A stretch of DNA of 64,000 bases from Candidatus Limnocylindrales bacterium (GCA_035604955.1 DATNHM010000017.1:16853-80852); one strand, 5' to 3'; shown: positions 7,437 to 17,250, numbered from the stretch's first letter. Notes: generated by a model from the sequence alone, not told the origin. Made by a program: numbers and translations.

Positions 7437-7562
7437 GTAAAGCTTTGCCACGCGGTGAGGAACATCGAACATTCACCAGCCTTCGCTGCGCTTCGACTCG
7501 GCAAGACATTGAACGTCGAACATCGAAGTCGAAACGGCCCGTCAGGAGCCTCACCCCACCGG
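7437..7562. repeat. Intergenic repeat module, expanded copy of 6149-6212
   Basis: GTAAAGCTTTGCCACGCGGTGAGGAACATCGAA, then a 57-nt insert that ends in a second GAACATCGAA, then GTCGAAACGGCCC...CACCGG. Confidence 0.75.
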
Positions 7563-7575
7563 AAATCCCATCTCA

Positions 7576-9923
7576 TCACGGCCTGAAAATGAGGCGGTAG
7601 AACTTGGCCGGAGCCTGCGTTGTGCCGCCGCCTTTACTGGCCGCCGCATAAGGACTGGTCACATTGGTGTCGCCGATCCACGTGCGGAGGTCGGTGGATT
7701 CCTGCAACATGCTTGTGCCATACCATTGCAGCAATATGTTCTGGCTGGTCTGGCTGACGTTGAGGAGCAACGGCGAGACGCCCACCGACGTAATGGTGAA
7801 GGAAGACACCTGGGAGCTGACTATCTGCAAGGCCGCTGGCGCGTTTGAGAACGTAACGTTCTCCGGAGTCACCTCGAGATTATCGCATGTCACTATCTGG
7901 CCTGCGATTGACGCGGACGTTGCCACACTGTCATCCATCGATGCCGGAGCAGAACCGTTAGGACCCACCACTGTGTCAGTGGTGTCGGCCATCCTTTGTG
8001 CCACGGCCAGGGACGCCCCGCTTTGGTGGGTTGCCTCCGCCACCGGCGCTCCTTGATAGTAAGCCTGCACGGTGTAGGTGCTGGCGCCCACCGGCGAAAA
8101 GTCGGCGCTGAGCACATAATTGCTGGTGCCTGCCTTGGTTTCGGTCAGCGTGCCCAATACGCCATTGGTAATGCCGCCGTCGGTCCCAACGATTTGCGAT
8201 TGGATATAGGCACCCACCGGCAGCGTGTTCGACGGATCCAACTCGTTCCATCCCACATCCAAATTCGTCAGGCCACCCGGCAAGGTGATGGACACGCCGT
8301 CCTGGCCTGCGCTGCCCAAATTGGAGATGACCAAGGCCGACCCATCCTGGCCGCCGCTGCTCAGGTTGGAGATAACCTCAATAGAGGCTTGGCCCAATGA
8401 TGTGTTGGTCAAGCCTGCATACGGCAGACTTAGATTCTCGCTCGCAATCGCGAGGTCGGGCACCTGCGAAGCCGTGATCTGAAAGGCGGTTGGTTTGACG
8501 CACGTGCCCAGGTTTGATGGAATAAAATACACCTTGTTGGCGCTCACGATCTGGCCACCCGGCAACTGCATTACCTCGGACTGCACACAGTCCATCGTAT
8601 CGCAAACGTAGCAGCCGTCATCATCCCATTCCCTGTCCCAGGATGTGCCGTCCGGATCAATGCTGAGGATACGGATAATGGCTGACGGCGTGTTGGTGGT
8701 CCCTTGTCCCACCAAAATTCCGTTGAGGTAGGCCTGCACAAGGCAGTTGCTCACCCCCAGTGGCGAAAAGTCCACGTGCACTGCATAGTTCGAGATTCCC
8801 GCCTTGGTCATTCTATCCGCCGCCAATATCCCGTTGGTTACAGTGCCAAAGGTGCCGATCATCGAGCTCTGCACATAGGCGCCGACCGGCAGTGCGTTGC
8901 TTGGGTCCACATCCTGATATTGCACGTCCAGCGCCAACAGATTGGTCGGCAGGGCGATGGTTACGCCGTCCTGTCCGCTGCTGGTCAGGTTGGAGACGAT
9001 CAAAGTCACACCATCCTGGCCTGAGCTGCCCAGATTGGAGATCACCTCGAAAGAGGCTTGGCCCAATGATGTGTTGGTCAATCCTTGATACACGATGCTT
9101 TCATTCTCACTGGTGATCGTGATGGATGGTATTTGGGAAGCGACAATTTGGAACGCAGTCGGCGCAATGGGAGCCTGCGGATTTTCCGGCGTCACATCAA
9201 TCTCGTCGCACGTTACAGAGGTTGTGCCTATCAACGCACTGAATAAACGCACGCGGTTGATCCTGCCCGTGCCATCACCCAGCATTGTGCCCGCGGCCAA
9301 CGAAAGGTTATTCAGCACGGCCAGGGACGACCCGCTTGGATTGGTCGTCTGCGCTACCAGCACCCCGTAAAGATAGGCGCGGACGATATAACCGCTCGCG
9401 CCGACCGGCGAATAGTCCGCGCTGAGCACATAATTGCTGGTGCCGGCCTTCGTCTGCGTCACCGTGCCCAACACCGCCTTGTTGACGCCATTGGTGGGGC
9501 CGACCATCTGCGATTGGACATAGGCCCCACCGGCAATGTGTTGGAAGGGTCCAGGTCCTCATAATTCACACTTAGCGCCGACGTGTTCGCAGGCATGGCG
9601 ATGCCGACGCCGTCCTGTCCGCCACTTGTCAGATTGGAGACGATTAAAGCCGACCCGTCCTGGCCAGTGCTGCCCAGGTTCGAGATGACCAGAAAAGCCT
9701 GCCCCAATGATATGTTGGTCAGGCCCTGATAAACCACGGTATTGGCCAGTGCGGCCGGGGCCAAACCCAGTATGACCAGGCTGACCAGCCACCACCGGGT
9801 CCATCCCCGGAAGCAGGGGGACACTGGCCGGGGATGTGGAATTGTCACCGGAATGTAACAAAGAGAACTGCGAAAATATGTCTTCATAGACGTTTGATTT
9901 GGATCTTGGTTTTTAACTTCCAA
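7576..9923 (-). pseudogene. Secreted repeat protein (~780 aa if intact) split by a 1-nt frameshift. Three ~235-aa repeats plus a C-terminal FYRL module.
   Basis: Track ORFs 9459..9923 (signal peptide plus first repeat) and 7576..9507 are two frames of one gene. The repeat ...DPSN(T/A)LPVGAY(V/I)QS... is broken at LPVG. The minus strand reads CCG GTG GGG CCT where the other copies read GTC GGC GCC TAT and GTG GGT GCC TAT. One G appears to be missing from a G-run (C-run 9525-9528 on the plus strand). It could be a sequencing error. Confidence 0.7.
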
Positions 9924-10095
9924 TAACCATCGGACAAGGGCCCTAACGTTGCCTAAGCCACAATCCCATCACGTACCGGGCAAATGGGATGTCGTTATCA
10001 TGCATTATCGAAGTGATAAGTCAATCTTTAATAGTTTCGAACGAACTAAGCTATTGTCGCCGAGCCGAATCGCCACGGTCGAACGTCAAAAATGA

Positions 10096-10124
10096 TTGAC
10101 AACGCCTGCTTATTTTGATAGTAA
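10096..10124 (+). promoter_or_regulatory. Possible sigma70-type promoter (TTGACA-N17-TAGTAA with TG extension) upstream of the NHL gene
   Basis: TTGACA at 10096-10101, a 17-nt spacer ending in TGA, then TAGTAA at 10119-10124, ~70 nt before ATG 10195. The -10 element is weak and promoter rules for this lineage are uncertain. Confidence 0.3.
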
Positions 10125-10194
10125 ATTTTTTGTCTTTTGTTCAGTTGCGTAAACTCACGAAAGGAAAACCCGAAGTTGTCCGGGAAGAAACTGC

Positions 10195-11103
10195 ATGAAA
10201 ACCATCTTCAAAGCACTTTCCCCCTCCGCAGGTCTTTTATTGGGCACGGCGGTGTGTGCCAACGCTATTGTCCTGCCGCCGCCAGCGAAGAATCTGTTCG
10301 CGGCGGATTTCTACAACGGCAACATTTATGAAATCACGCCCGGCGGCACACCCAGCACCTTTGTCTCCGGACTGGGCATGGATGAAGCGGTGGGGCTGGC
10401 CTTTGACAGTGCGGGCAATCTCTTTGTGGCGAACTTAAACAGTTGGGCCGTCACCAGGATTACGCCGGGTGGTGTGCAGGGCACTTTTGCTTCCGGGCTG
10501 GGCGCCCCCTGGGGAGTGGCCTTCAACAGCGCGGGCGATTTGTTCGTCTCGAGCTATCTCAATGGCAGCATCTATGAATTCACGCCCGATGGCACGCAAA
10601 CCACCTTTGTCTCCGGGTTAAGCAATCCTGAGGGACTGGCCTTTGACAGCGCCGGTAATTTGTATGAAACGGATTATGGCAGCGGCAGCGTCATTAAAAT
10701 CACTCCCGGCGGCGTCAAAAGCACCTTCGCCACCGGACTGGGGGGCGAACAAGGGCTGGCCTTTGACAGCGCCGGCGATTTGTTTGTGGCGGTTTCGACC
10801 AGCGGCATCGTTTATGAAATCACTCCCGGCGGGGTAAAAAGTGTTTATGCCTCCGGTTTGGGCAGTCCGGGAGGCCTGGCGTTTGACAGCGCGGGTGATC
10901 TGTTCGTGGGCGATGCCTCCAGTGGCAACATCTATGAATTTACACCGGGCGGAACCAAAAGCACATTTGCCTCCGGGCTGGGTCAATTGGCGGGACTGGC
11001 CTTCCAGCCCGTGCCGGAACCGGCGGCTTTGGGTGTGCTGTCCTTCGGCGCCGCCGTGCTCCTGGCCCACCGGCGCAAAAATCCGGTGGCAAAGTCCAGT
11101 TGA
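10195..11103 (+). CDS. NHL-repeat six-bladed beta-propeller protein with PEP-CTERM sorting signal
   Basis: N-terminal signal peptide. Six ~44-aa repeats IYE(I/F)TPGG..STFASGLG.P.GLAFDSAGNLFV. C-terminal VPEPAALGVLSFGAAVLLAHRRK. Confidence 0.85.
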   Translation: MKTIFKALSPSAGLLLGTAVCANAIVLPPPAKNLFAADFYNGNIYEITPGGTPSTFVSGLGMDEAVGLAFDSAGNLFVANLNSWAVTRITPGGVQGTFASGLGAPWGVAFNSAGDLFVSSYLNGSIYEFTPDGTQTTFVSGLSNPEGLAFDSAGNLYETDYGSGSVIKITPGGVKSTFATGLGGEQGLAFDSAGDLFVAVSTSGIVYEITPGGVKSVYASGLGSPGGLAFDSAGDLFVGDASSGNIYEFTPGGTKSTFASGLGQLAGLAFQPVPEPAALGVLSFGAAVLLAHRRKNPVAKSS

Positions 11104-11329
11104 AAGTTAAAACAGCCCCGGGTATCAGCCTTCGCCGGGTTACGGCGCAACAGGTGCCCGCCCCACGTTTGCGTTCTCTGTTCCTTGTGGTTTAAAATGA
11201 AACTTAACAGAAGCAAAGGGCGGCTTCATTGATTTTTCTGATTCCCGGTTTGATCTTTTCAATTCACGCTTTTTCCAACATGCGGTTAATGTCTCCTGCA
11301 TGAACGGAGAAAATTCAAACCGAACAGTC

Positions 11330-11902
11330 ATGAAGATTGTATTCGCCCGCCTGCCCGTGTTCCTGCTGGTGATTTTGCCGGTCGCCTTTACCCCGGGTTG
11401 TGCGACCCCCTATCTTTGGAACCGCACGTCAGAATTCCAATGGAAACCCGTGCCCGCCGTGCAGGTGCTGGCCGTTACCAACACGAACCAGCAGTGCGAC
11501 GCGGTGGTGGTGTTCAAGCAGAGTGCACAGGTGGGCATAAACTACTTCTCCAGAGATGTTGCCTGGCGCGTCAGCCAGTCGTCCGACGACCTGGCCACGA
11601 CATCCGGGGCCATTCGTTACCTCACCAATTCCTCGCTCGGAGTTGAATCCCTGCCGGTGTATGCGCCGGGAAAAGTGCCCGTCAACGCGACTTCCCAGCC
11701 GCCGGGTTACGTGGTTTTGAACCGGACCAACAAGGTGCTTGTGGTTTACCGGGACGGGGTGCCATCCGGTCCGTACACGTTGCCCGTCAGCCTGCATCCG
11801 AAAAAAACCACGCAGCGGGTGCTGTTAACGCCGGTTACGGTGCTGTTGGACGTGCCGATGTGCGCTTTCGGGCTGGTGGTCTATGTCGCGCTCCATTTGT
11901 AG
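11330..11902 (+). CDS. Hypothetical lipoprotein with C-terminal TM helix
   Basis: Track ORF 11300..11902. MKIVFARLPVFLLVILPVAFTPGC has a lipobox-like PGC. No family recognised. Confidence 0.55.
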   Translation: MKIVFARLPVFLLVILPVAFTPGCATPYLWNRTSEFQWKPVPAVQVLAVTNTNQQCDAVVVFKQSAQVGINYFSRDVAWRVSQSSDDLATTSGAIRYLTNSSLGVESLPVYAPGKVPVNATSQPPGYVVLNRTNKVLVVYRDGVPSGPYTLPVSLHPKKTTQRVLLTPVTVLLDVPMCAFGLVVYVALHL

Positions 11903-11988
11903 CGGCAGGCAGTTCGTGTTTGCGGTTATTTTTGGCTGAAAAACGCTCGCCCCACCGATTGGGTTTAACCCATGTCACTTGTCACACG

Positions 11989-12900
11989 TCACCCTCCACC
12001 CGTCTTGAGAAAGGTCCCTTTTCGCAGTTCCTCGAAGGCTTGCTGGAGTTGTTCCTGCGTGTTCATCACGATGGGTCCATACCATGCCACCGGCTCCTGA
12101 AGCGGCTTTCCGGACACCAGCAGGAACCGGATGCCATCTTCCCCGGCCTGGACTTCCACGTCGTCGCCGGTGTCGAACAGGACGAGCGAACGGTTGTCCG
12201 CTTCCGTGGGCGGCGTGGTGTCGGCCCAGCCGAGACTTTCGGTCGGCACCGCCAGCGGGGCGGACGCGTTGCAGAACTTGCCGCTCCCGGCAAAGACGTA
12301 GGCGAAGGCATGGCTCGATTTCTCGACGGGCAGCCGCTTGCGTTTGCCGGGCGGCACGGTGACGTCAAGGTAGGTCGGGTCGGCGGCGATGCCTTCGACG
12401 GGACCGCGTTTGCCCCAGAACTGGCCGCAGATGATCCGGGCCGTCGTGCCGTCGTCTTCGGTGACTTCGGGAATTTCCAGCGCCTTGATTTCCTGATAGC
12501 GCGGCGCGGTCATTTTGAGCGCCGACGGCAGGTTGGCCCACAACTGGAACCCGTGCATGCGGCCCAAGGGATCGCCTTTGGGCATTTCCTGGTGGATGAT
12601 GCCCCGGCCCGCCGTCATCCACTGGAGGTCGCCCGGGGCGATGGCGCCTTTGTTGCCCAGGCTGTCGGCGTGCTCGACGGTGCCGGCCAGGACGTAGGTG
12701 ATGGTTTCGATGCCGCGATGCGGATGCCATGGAAAACCAGCGAGGTAATCGTCCGGAATGTCGTTGCGGAAATCATCGAGCAGGAGGAAGGGATCGAAAT
12801 CGGTGGTGTTGCCGAAGCCGAACGCGCGGCGCAGGTGCACGCCCGCGCCTTCGAGGGTCGGTTTGGCTTTGATCAAGCGTTTGATGGGTCGGATGGACAT
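11989..12900 (-). CDS. Pirin-family bicupin protein
   Basis: GFPWHPHRGIETITYVLAGTVEHADSLGN and QWMTAGRGIIHQEMP are classic pirin N-terminal cupin motifs. Length 303 aa. Confidence 0.9.
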   Translation of the reverse strand: MSIRPIKRLIKAKPTLEGAGVHLRRAFGFGNTTDFDPFLLLDDFRNDIPDDYLAGFPWHPHRGIETITYVLAGTVEHADSLGNKGAIAPGDLQWMTAGRGIIHQEMPKGDPLGRMHGFQLWANLPSALKMTAPRYQEIKALEIPEVTEDDGTTARIICGQFWGKRGPVEGIAADPTYLDVTVPPGKRKRLPVEKSSHAFAYVFAGSGKFCNASAPLAVPTESLGWADTTPPTEADNRSLVLFDTGDDVEVQAGEDGIRFLLVSGKPLQEPVAWYGPIVMNTQEQLQQAFEELRKGTFLKTGGG

Positions 12901-12979
12901 ATGGTTTCTCCCCGGTTCAGTTTATGGTGACGACCGTGGGAACATTACGCGCTGACAGCGCGCTGTCAACCCGACACGA

Positions 12980-13160
12980 AAGGACGGAGGTCGGAAGCCC
13001 GAAGGCAGAAGCCGGAAGTAAAAGCAGAAACATTCAACAGCCAACATCCAAACCGGATTAATCGCCAGCCGGTTGACTTGCCCTGCTTTAAATCTGCGTC
13101 CATCCGCGATTATCTGCGGTTAAAACCATTTCGCGAGTCTGGCGGATTTCGCGGTTCAAG
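12980..13160. repeat. Intergenic repeat mosaic (purine-rich word tract, CATTCAACA word, TCTGCGGTTAAA and TTTCGCGGTT tails)
   Basis: AAGGACGGAGGTCGGAAGCCCGAAGGCAGAAGCCGGAAG..., CATTCAACAGCCAACATCC, AATCTGCGTCCATCCGCGATTATCTGCGGTTAAAACC and GGCGGATTTCGCGGTTCAAG. Same word families as 5141-5240, 6296-6412 and 7180-7420. Confidence 0.65.
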
Positions 13161-13487
13161 AATCTGCCGCCAATAGCGTATTTCTTGTCAATCACTTATA
13201 AACATTGACTGATACGTTATTTTTAGATTAAATAATCCTGTCAGCACAGGCCCCTGGTGTGCTTTTGCAATCGGAGTAAGTATGAACGGTTCCCGGCCAT
13301 GTGTTCCCGTTGAGATCCGACCGCTGCCTTTCTCTACGGCCCGCTCCCGGTGTAAAACCACGGCACGAATTAACCCGCCGTCGCCTTCGACGGGACGGCG
13401 TCCCGGCAGGAGGCTCATCGTCAATCCGCCTCCCGGCTGGTGTTTTTCATCGTCCCCGTCAACCATGAAACTCAACCGCACCCGACC

Positions 13488-14621
13488 ATGAAAACTCATT
13501 CGCTCATTGTTCTTCCGGTTTTTTTCCTGTCGCTCAAACTCGTCTCCGCTCAAAGCACTCCGTTGCTGGGCATTCAGGTTGCCGGTGGAATTCCCCAACT
13601 GACCTGTACCGGGGCCACCGGCGCGGTATGTCAAATCCAGTATTGTGATGGGCTGATCGGCACGAACAACTGGCTCTGTCTCACCAACCTGGCGGTGACG
13701 AACGGTCTCTGTGTGATTCCCGATGCCGGTTCGGCCGGGGTGTCGGGCCGGTTTTACCGTGCGCTGGTCGCATCGCCCGGCCTGGCATTTGTCCGCGCGG
13801 GTTCCTTTTCGATGGGTGACACCTTCGGCGACCTTGGCGTAGATGAAACGCCCGTCCACGCCGTGAGCGTCAGCGGTTTCTATATGGATCGAATGGAGGT
13901 TTCGAAGGCCCTGTGGGATATCGTGGCGGGGTGGGCGACGAACAGCGGCTATGCCTTCGCCGCGAATGCCGGCGCCGGCAAGGCGGCCAATCATCCGGTG
14001 CAGCGCGTCACGTGGTATGACGCCGTGAAATGGTGCAATGCGCGCTCGGAGATGGCGGGTCTCGGCCCGGTTTACTACAGCGACAGCAGCCTGACCCAGG
14101 TGTATCGCAACGGCCAGGTGACTCCGTTTCCGAACTGGGCCACCAACGGTTATCGGCTGCCGACTGAGGTGGAATGGGAGAAGGCGGCACGGGGAGGCGT
14201 AACCGCTCACCGCTTCCCCTGGACGGATGCCGATACCATCACCCACAGCCGGGCAAATTACTTCAGCAGCACAAACTTCCCTTTTGATGCCAGTCCCACC
14301 CGCGGTTATAACCCGGCGTTTACGAATGGGGTGACGCCCTATACCAGCCCGTGCGGTTCTTTCGCCACAAACGGTTTTGGATTGTACGACATGTCCGGCA
14401 ACGTCTGGGAATGGTGCTGGGATTGGTACGACCAGAACTGGTACACCAATTCGGCCGCGGCGCAAACGGATACGCGTGGACCGGTCACCGGGACCCAGCG
14501 GGTCTTGCGGGGCGGTTCGTGGGAAGCCAACGCCAGCGATAATCGCTGCGCCAACCGGGATGCCAAATCACCGTCAACCTCCGTCAACGAAACCGGCTTC
14601 CGGTGTGTGCGCGGGCCTTGA
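13488..14621 (+). CDS. Formylglycine-generating-enzyme (SUMF1/FGE-sulfatase) domain protein with an N-terminal FYR module
   Basis: Signal peptide MKTHSLIVLPVFFLSLKLVSAQS. FGE-domain motifs NHPVQRVTWYDAVKWCN, GYRLPTEVEWEKAARGG, GLYDMSGNVWEWCWDWY, RVLRGGSW and GFRCVRG. Confidence 0.85.
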   Translation: MKTHSLIVLPVFFLSLKLVSAQSTPLLGIQVAGGIPQLTCTGATGAVCQIQYCDGLIGTNNWLCLTNLAVTNGLCVIPDAGSAGVSGRFYRALVASPGLAFVRAGSFSMGDTFGDLGVDETPVHAVSVSGFYMDRMEVSKALWDIVAGWATNSGYAFAANAGAGKAANHPVQRVTWYDAVKWCNARSEMAGLGPVYYSDSSLTQVYRNGQVTPFPNWATNGYRLPTEVEWEKAARGGVTAHRFPWTDADTITHSRANYFSSTNFPFDASPTRGYNPAFTNGVTPYTSPCGSFATNGFGLYDMSGNVWEWCWDWYDQNWYTNSAAAQTDTRGPVTGTQRVLRGGSWEANASDNRCANRDAKSPSTSVNETGFRCVRGP

Positions 14622-14954
14622 CGGGAGGCGGCGGGAGCGGAGGGGGGAAAAACCTGAAGTCCGCGGCAGCCCGTTGAGTGGTCCCTTCACAGTCCGCTTC
14701 GCCCGCCGTCATAAGTCCACTCCAACCAAAAGAAATCTCCGCAAAAGTGGAGCGCCGAGCACCGTCTCGGCACGAGGTGCTGGATTGTCCCTATGAGCCG
14801 AGTCGGTGCCCGGCGCTCCGAACGCACGCAGCGAAGCCTGTTTCCGGCCCCGGTTCCCTTGGTTTTCTTCTGGGAAAGATTTTGCGCCTTTTTTGCGTCA
14901 AAGCATTTTTCTTGTGCGATTTTTCCGGCGGCGGGCATTACCTTATGGAACATC

Positions 14955-16586
14955 ATGACTGAAGATGCCGAACTGATAAGCCGCTATGCCGCCGACGGGT
15001 CGGAGGCCGCCTTCGCCGAATTGACCCGGCGGCATGTGGACCTGGTCTATTCCGCCGCCCTGCGGCTGGTAAACGGCGACGTGCATTCCGCCTAGGATGT
15101 CACCCAACAGGTTTTCACGGAAGTGGCCCGGCAGGCGAAACGGCTGGCCCGGCATCCCGCGCTGGTGGGCTGGCTTTATACCACCACCCGGCTGATGGCG
15201 TTGCGGGTCAATCGAACGGAGCAACGACGCAAAGCCCGCGAGCAGGAGGCCAATACCATGAATGAACTCCTCCACCACGACGAACCGCCAGCGGATTGGA
15301 ACCAGCTCCGGCCGGTGCTCGAAGACGCCATGCACGAACTGGACGACCAGGACCGGCATGCCGTCCTGCTTCGCTATTTTCAAAACAAAACCCTCAACGA
15401 GGTGGGGGCGGCGTTGAATCTGACCGAGAACGCCGCGCGAATGCGCGTGGAGCGCGCCCTGGACAAGTTACGCGGGAAGCTGGCCCGGCGCGGCGTCACC
15501 ACCACCGCATCGGCGCTGGCCGCCGCGGTCGCCGCCAATGCCGTCCAGGCCGCGCCTGCCGGTTTTGCCGCCACGCTTTCCGCTGCCGCCATCGCCGGCG
15601 GCGCTGTCCAGGCTTCCACCCTTATCGCCGCAACCAAAACCATTGCCATGACTACACTACAAAAAACCATTGTGACCGCGTCGCTCGCCGCCGCGGTTGG
15701 AACCGGAATCTACGCCGTCCACCAGAACTCGCAACTGACTGCCCAAATCCAAACGCTCCAACAGGAGCGGGTGCCGTTGACGACGCAAATCCAGCAATTG
15801 GAGCAGGAACGCGATCAGGCGACCAACCAACTGGCCGCGGTGCTGGACGAAAACGCGCGATTGAAATCCAACCCGAACGAGTCCGAACTGCTGAAACTGC
15901 GCGGTGAAGTCGGGCCGCTCCGACAACGGGCAGCAGCCGACCAGGCGGATGCCTCACGCAGCGGCCTGGCCAAGATGATGAACGATCCGGCCATGAAGGA
16001 ATTCTTACACCAGGCGCAACTGGACAAAATCAAATCCATGTTTGCCGATCTGGTCAAGGGGTTGAAACTGACGCCGGAACAAGCGAATCAATTTTACCAG
16101 TTGATTAACGACAACGCTTCAAAACACCTGGAGCAGCTCACGGCCACGGGACAGACGACTTCGGACCCGGGCGCCGATGACCAGGAACTGGGAAAACAGT
16201 TGCAAGTGCTGTTGGGTGATGCGGGCTTTGCCCGATTCAAGGAATACGGCGAAGAAATTCCAGCGCGGACCACCATTTCGCTGCTGAATACTCAATTGGG
16301 AGACACTCCGCTCAGCGCCGAACAAAACGCGCAACTGCTTCAGGTGATAAAGGCCGAGCCGAACAATTTGACAGAGGGCATCACCGGCGCTCCGGACCAG
16401 GCTTTTCTGGGGTCGCAAGCGGACATTGATGCTTTCCTGCAACAGGTGACTGCCAGCAACCAGCGGATTCTGCAACAGGCCGGCAGTTTTCTCACACCCG
16501 ACCAATTGGCCGCGCTCAACACCGTCCTGACCAAAGCCATCGACACCCGAAAGCTCTCGGCCGCCGCCCTGATTCAGAAGCACTGA
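14955..16586 (+). pseudogene. ECF-type sigma-70 factor fused to a TM/coiled-coil C-terminal extension, interrupted by an in-frame TAG at 15093-15095
   Basis: Track ORFs 14793..15095 and 15123..16586 are in the same frame. Reading through the stop gives ...LRLVNGDVHSA*DVTQQVFTEVARQAKRL..., the conserved region-2 A(E/Q)DVTQ motif. Region 4 is LLRYFQNKTLNEVGAALNLTENAARMRVERAL. A hydrophobic segment and QLTAQIQTLQQER coiled coil follow. Confidence 0.7.
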
Positions 16587-16734
16587 CGATCGGAGTTAGG
16601 AGATGGGAGATGGAAGATGGGAACCGGAATGCAGAAGTTGGACGGAGCGGAAGCCGCGCCCGCCTTCGCGTGACAAGGCGATCAGTTTTGAACGTCTAAC
16701 CGCTCCGCCCCATCTCAATAAAAAACGACAAGGT

Positions 16735-17250
16735 ATGCAACGACCGGTTTCTATCATCGTGTTCGGAATTCTGAATTTTGTGTTCGCCGCGCTCGGCGTC
16801 ATCGGACTGATCGCCTCCATCACCCTGCTCAACCTGCCGGCCGATTCGAACAATCCCGTCATCCAATTCATCCATGAACGTCCGGGCTATGCCGTCTGGT
16901 TGAAGCTGGGCATGGCGCTGGGGGTGTTGGGTTGTGCGCTCCTGCTGGCATCAGGCTTTGGCCTGTTGTCCCTGAAGCCCTGGGCGCGCCCCGCCTCCTT
17001 GGTTTGTGCGATTTATCTCATCCTGTTTTGTGGCGGCGGGATGCTCATCAATCTCATTTTTATGGACCAACCCATGCTCGGACCAGCCCAACAGCAAAGG
17101 GCATTTGAAACCGTCGCGGCCATTGGCGGGCCGATCAGTGGAACCATCGGCGGGGTTGTTTGGCTGATCTATCCTCTCCTGCTGCTGGCCTTCATGTTGC
17201 AACCGAAAGTAATGGCGGCCTTCCGCCCACTGGTTCCGCCGCAAGCGTAG
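16735..17250 (+). CDS. Hypothetical integral membrane protein (about 4 TM helices)
   Basis: Track ORF 16603..17250. Its upstream part is translated purine-rich repeat, so the likely start is ATG 16735 (MQRPVSIIVFGILNFVFAALGVIGLI). No family recognised. Confidence 0.5.
   Translation: MQRPVSIIVFGILNFVFAALGVIGLIASITLLNLPADSNNPVIQFIHERPGYAVWLKLGMALGVLGCALLLASGFGLLSLKPWARPASLVCAIYLILFCGGGMLINLIFMDQPMLGPAQQQRAFETVAAIGGPISGTIGGVVWLIYPLLLLAFMLQPKVMAAFRPLVPPQA

Noticed and set aside
9459-9923. Treating the 154-aa ORF as an independent small secreted protein
   Set aside because: Its sequence is the first copy of the repeat found twice more in 7576..9507. The homology continues in the adjacent frame, so it is the 5' part of one frameshifted gene.
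11860-12930. 356-aa ORF antisense to the pirin gene
   Set aside because: A shadow ORF typical of high-GC DNA. Its composition is Arg/Gly/Ala/Pro-rich with no motifs, while the opposite strand encodes an unmistakable pirin.
13188-14465. 425-aa ORF antisense to the FGE-like gene
   Set aside because: Same reasoning. The opposite strand carries all FGE-domain motifs and this ORF is an Arg/Gly-rich shadow frame.
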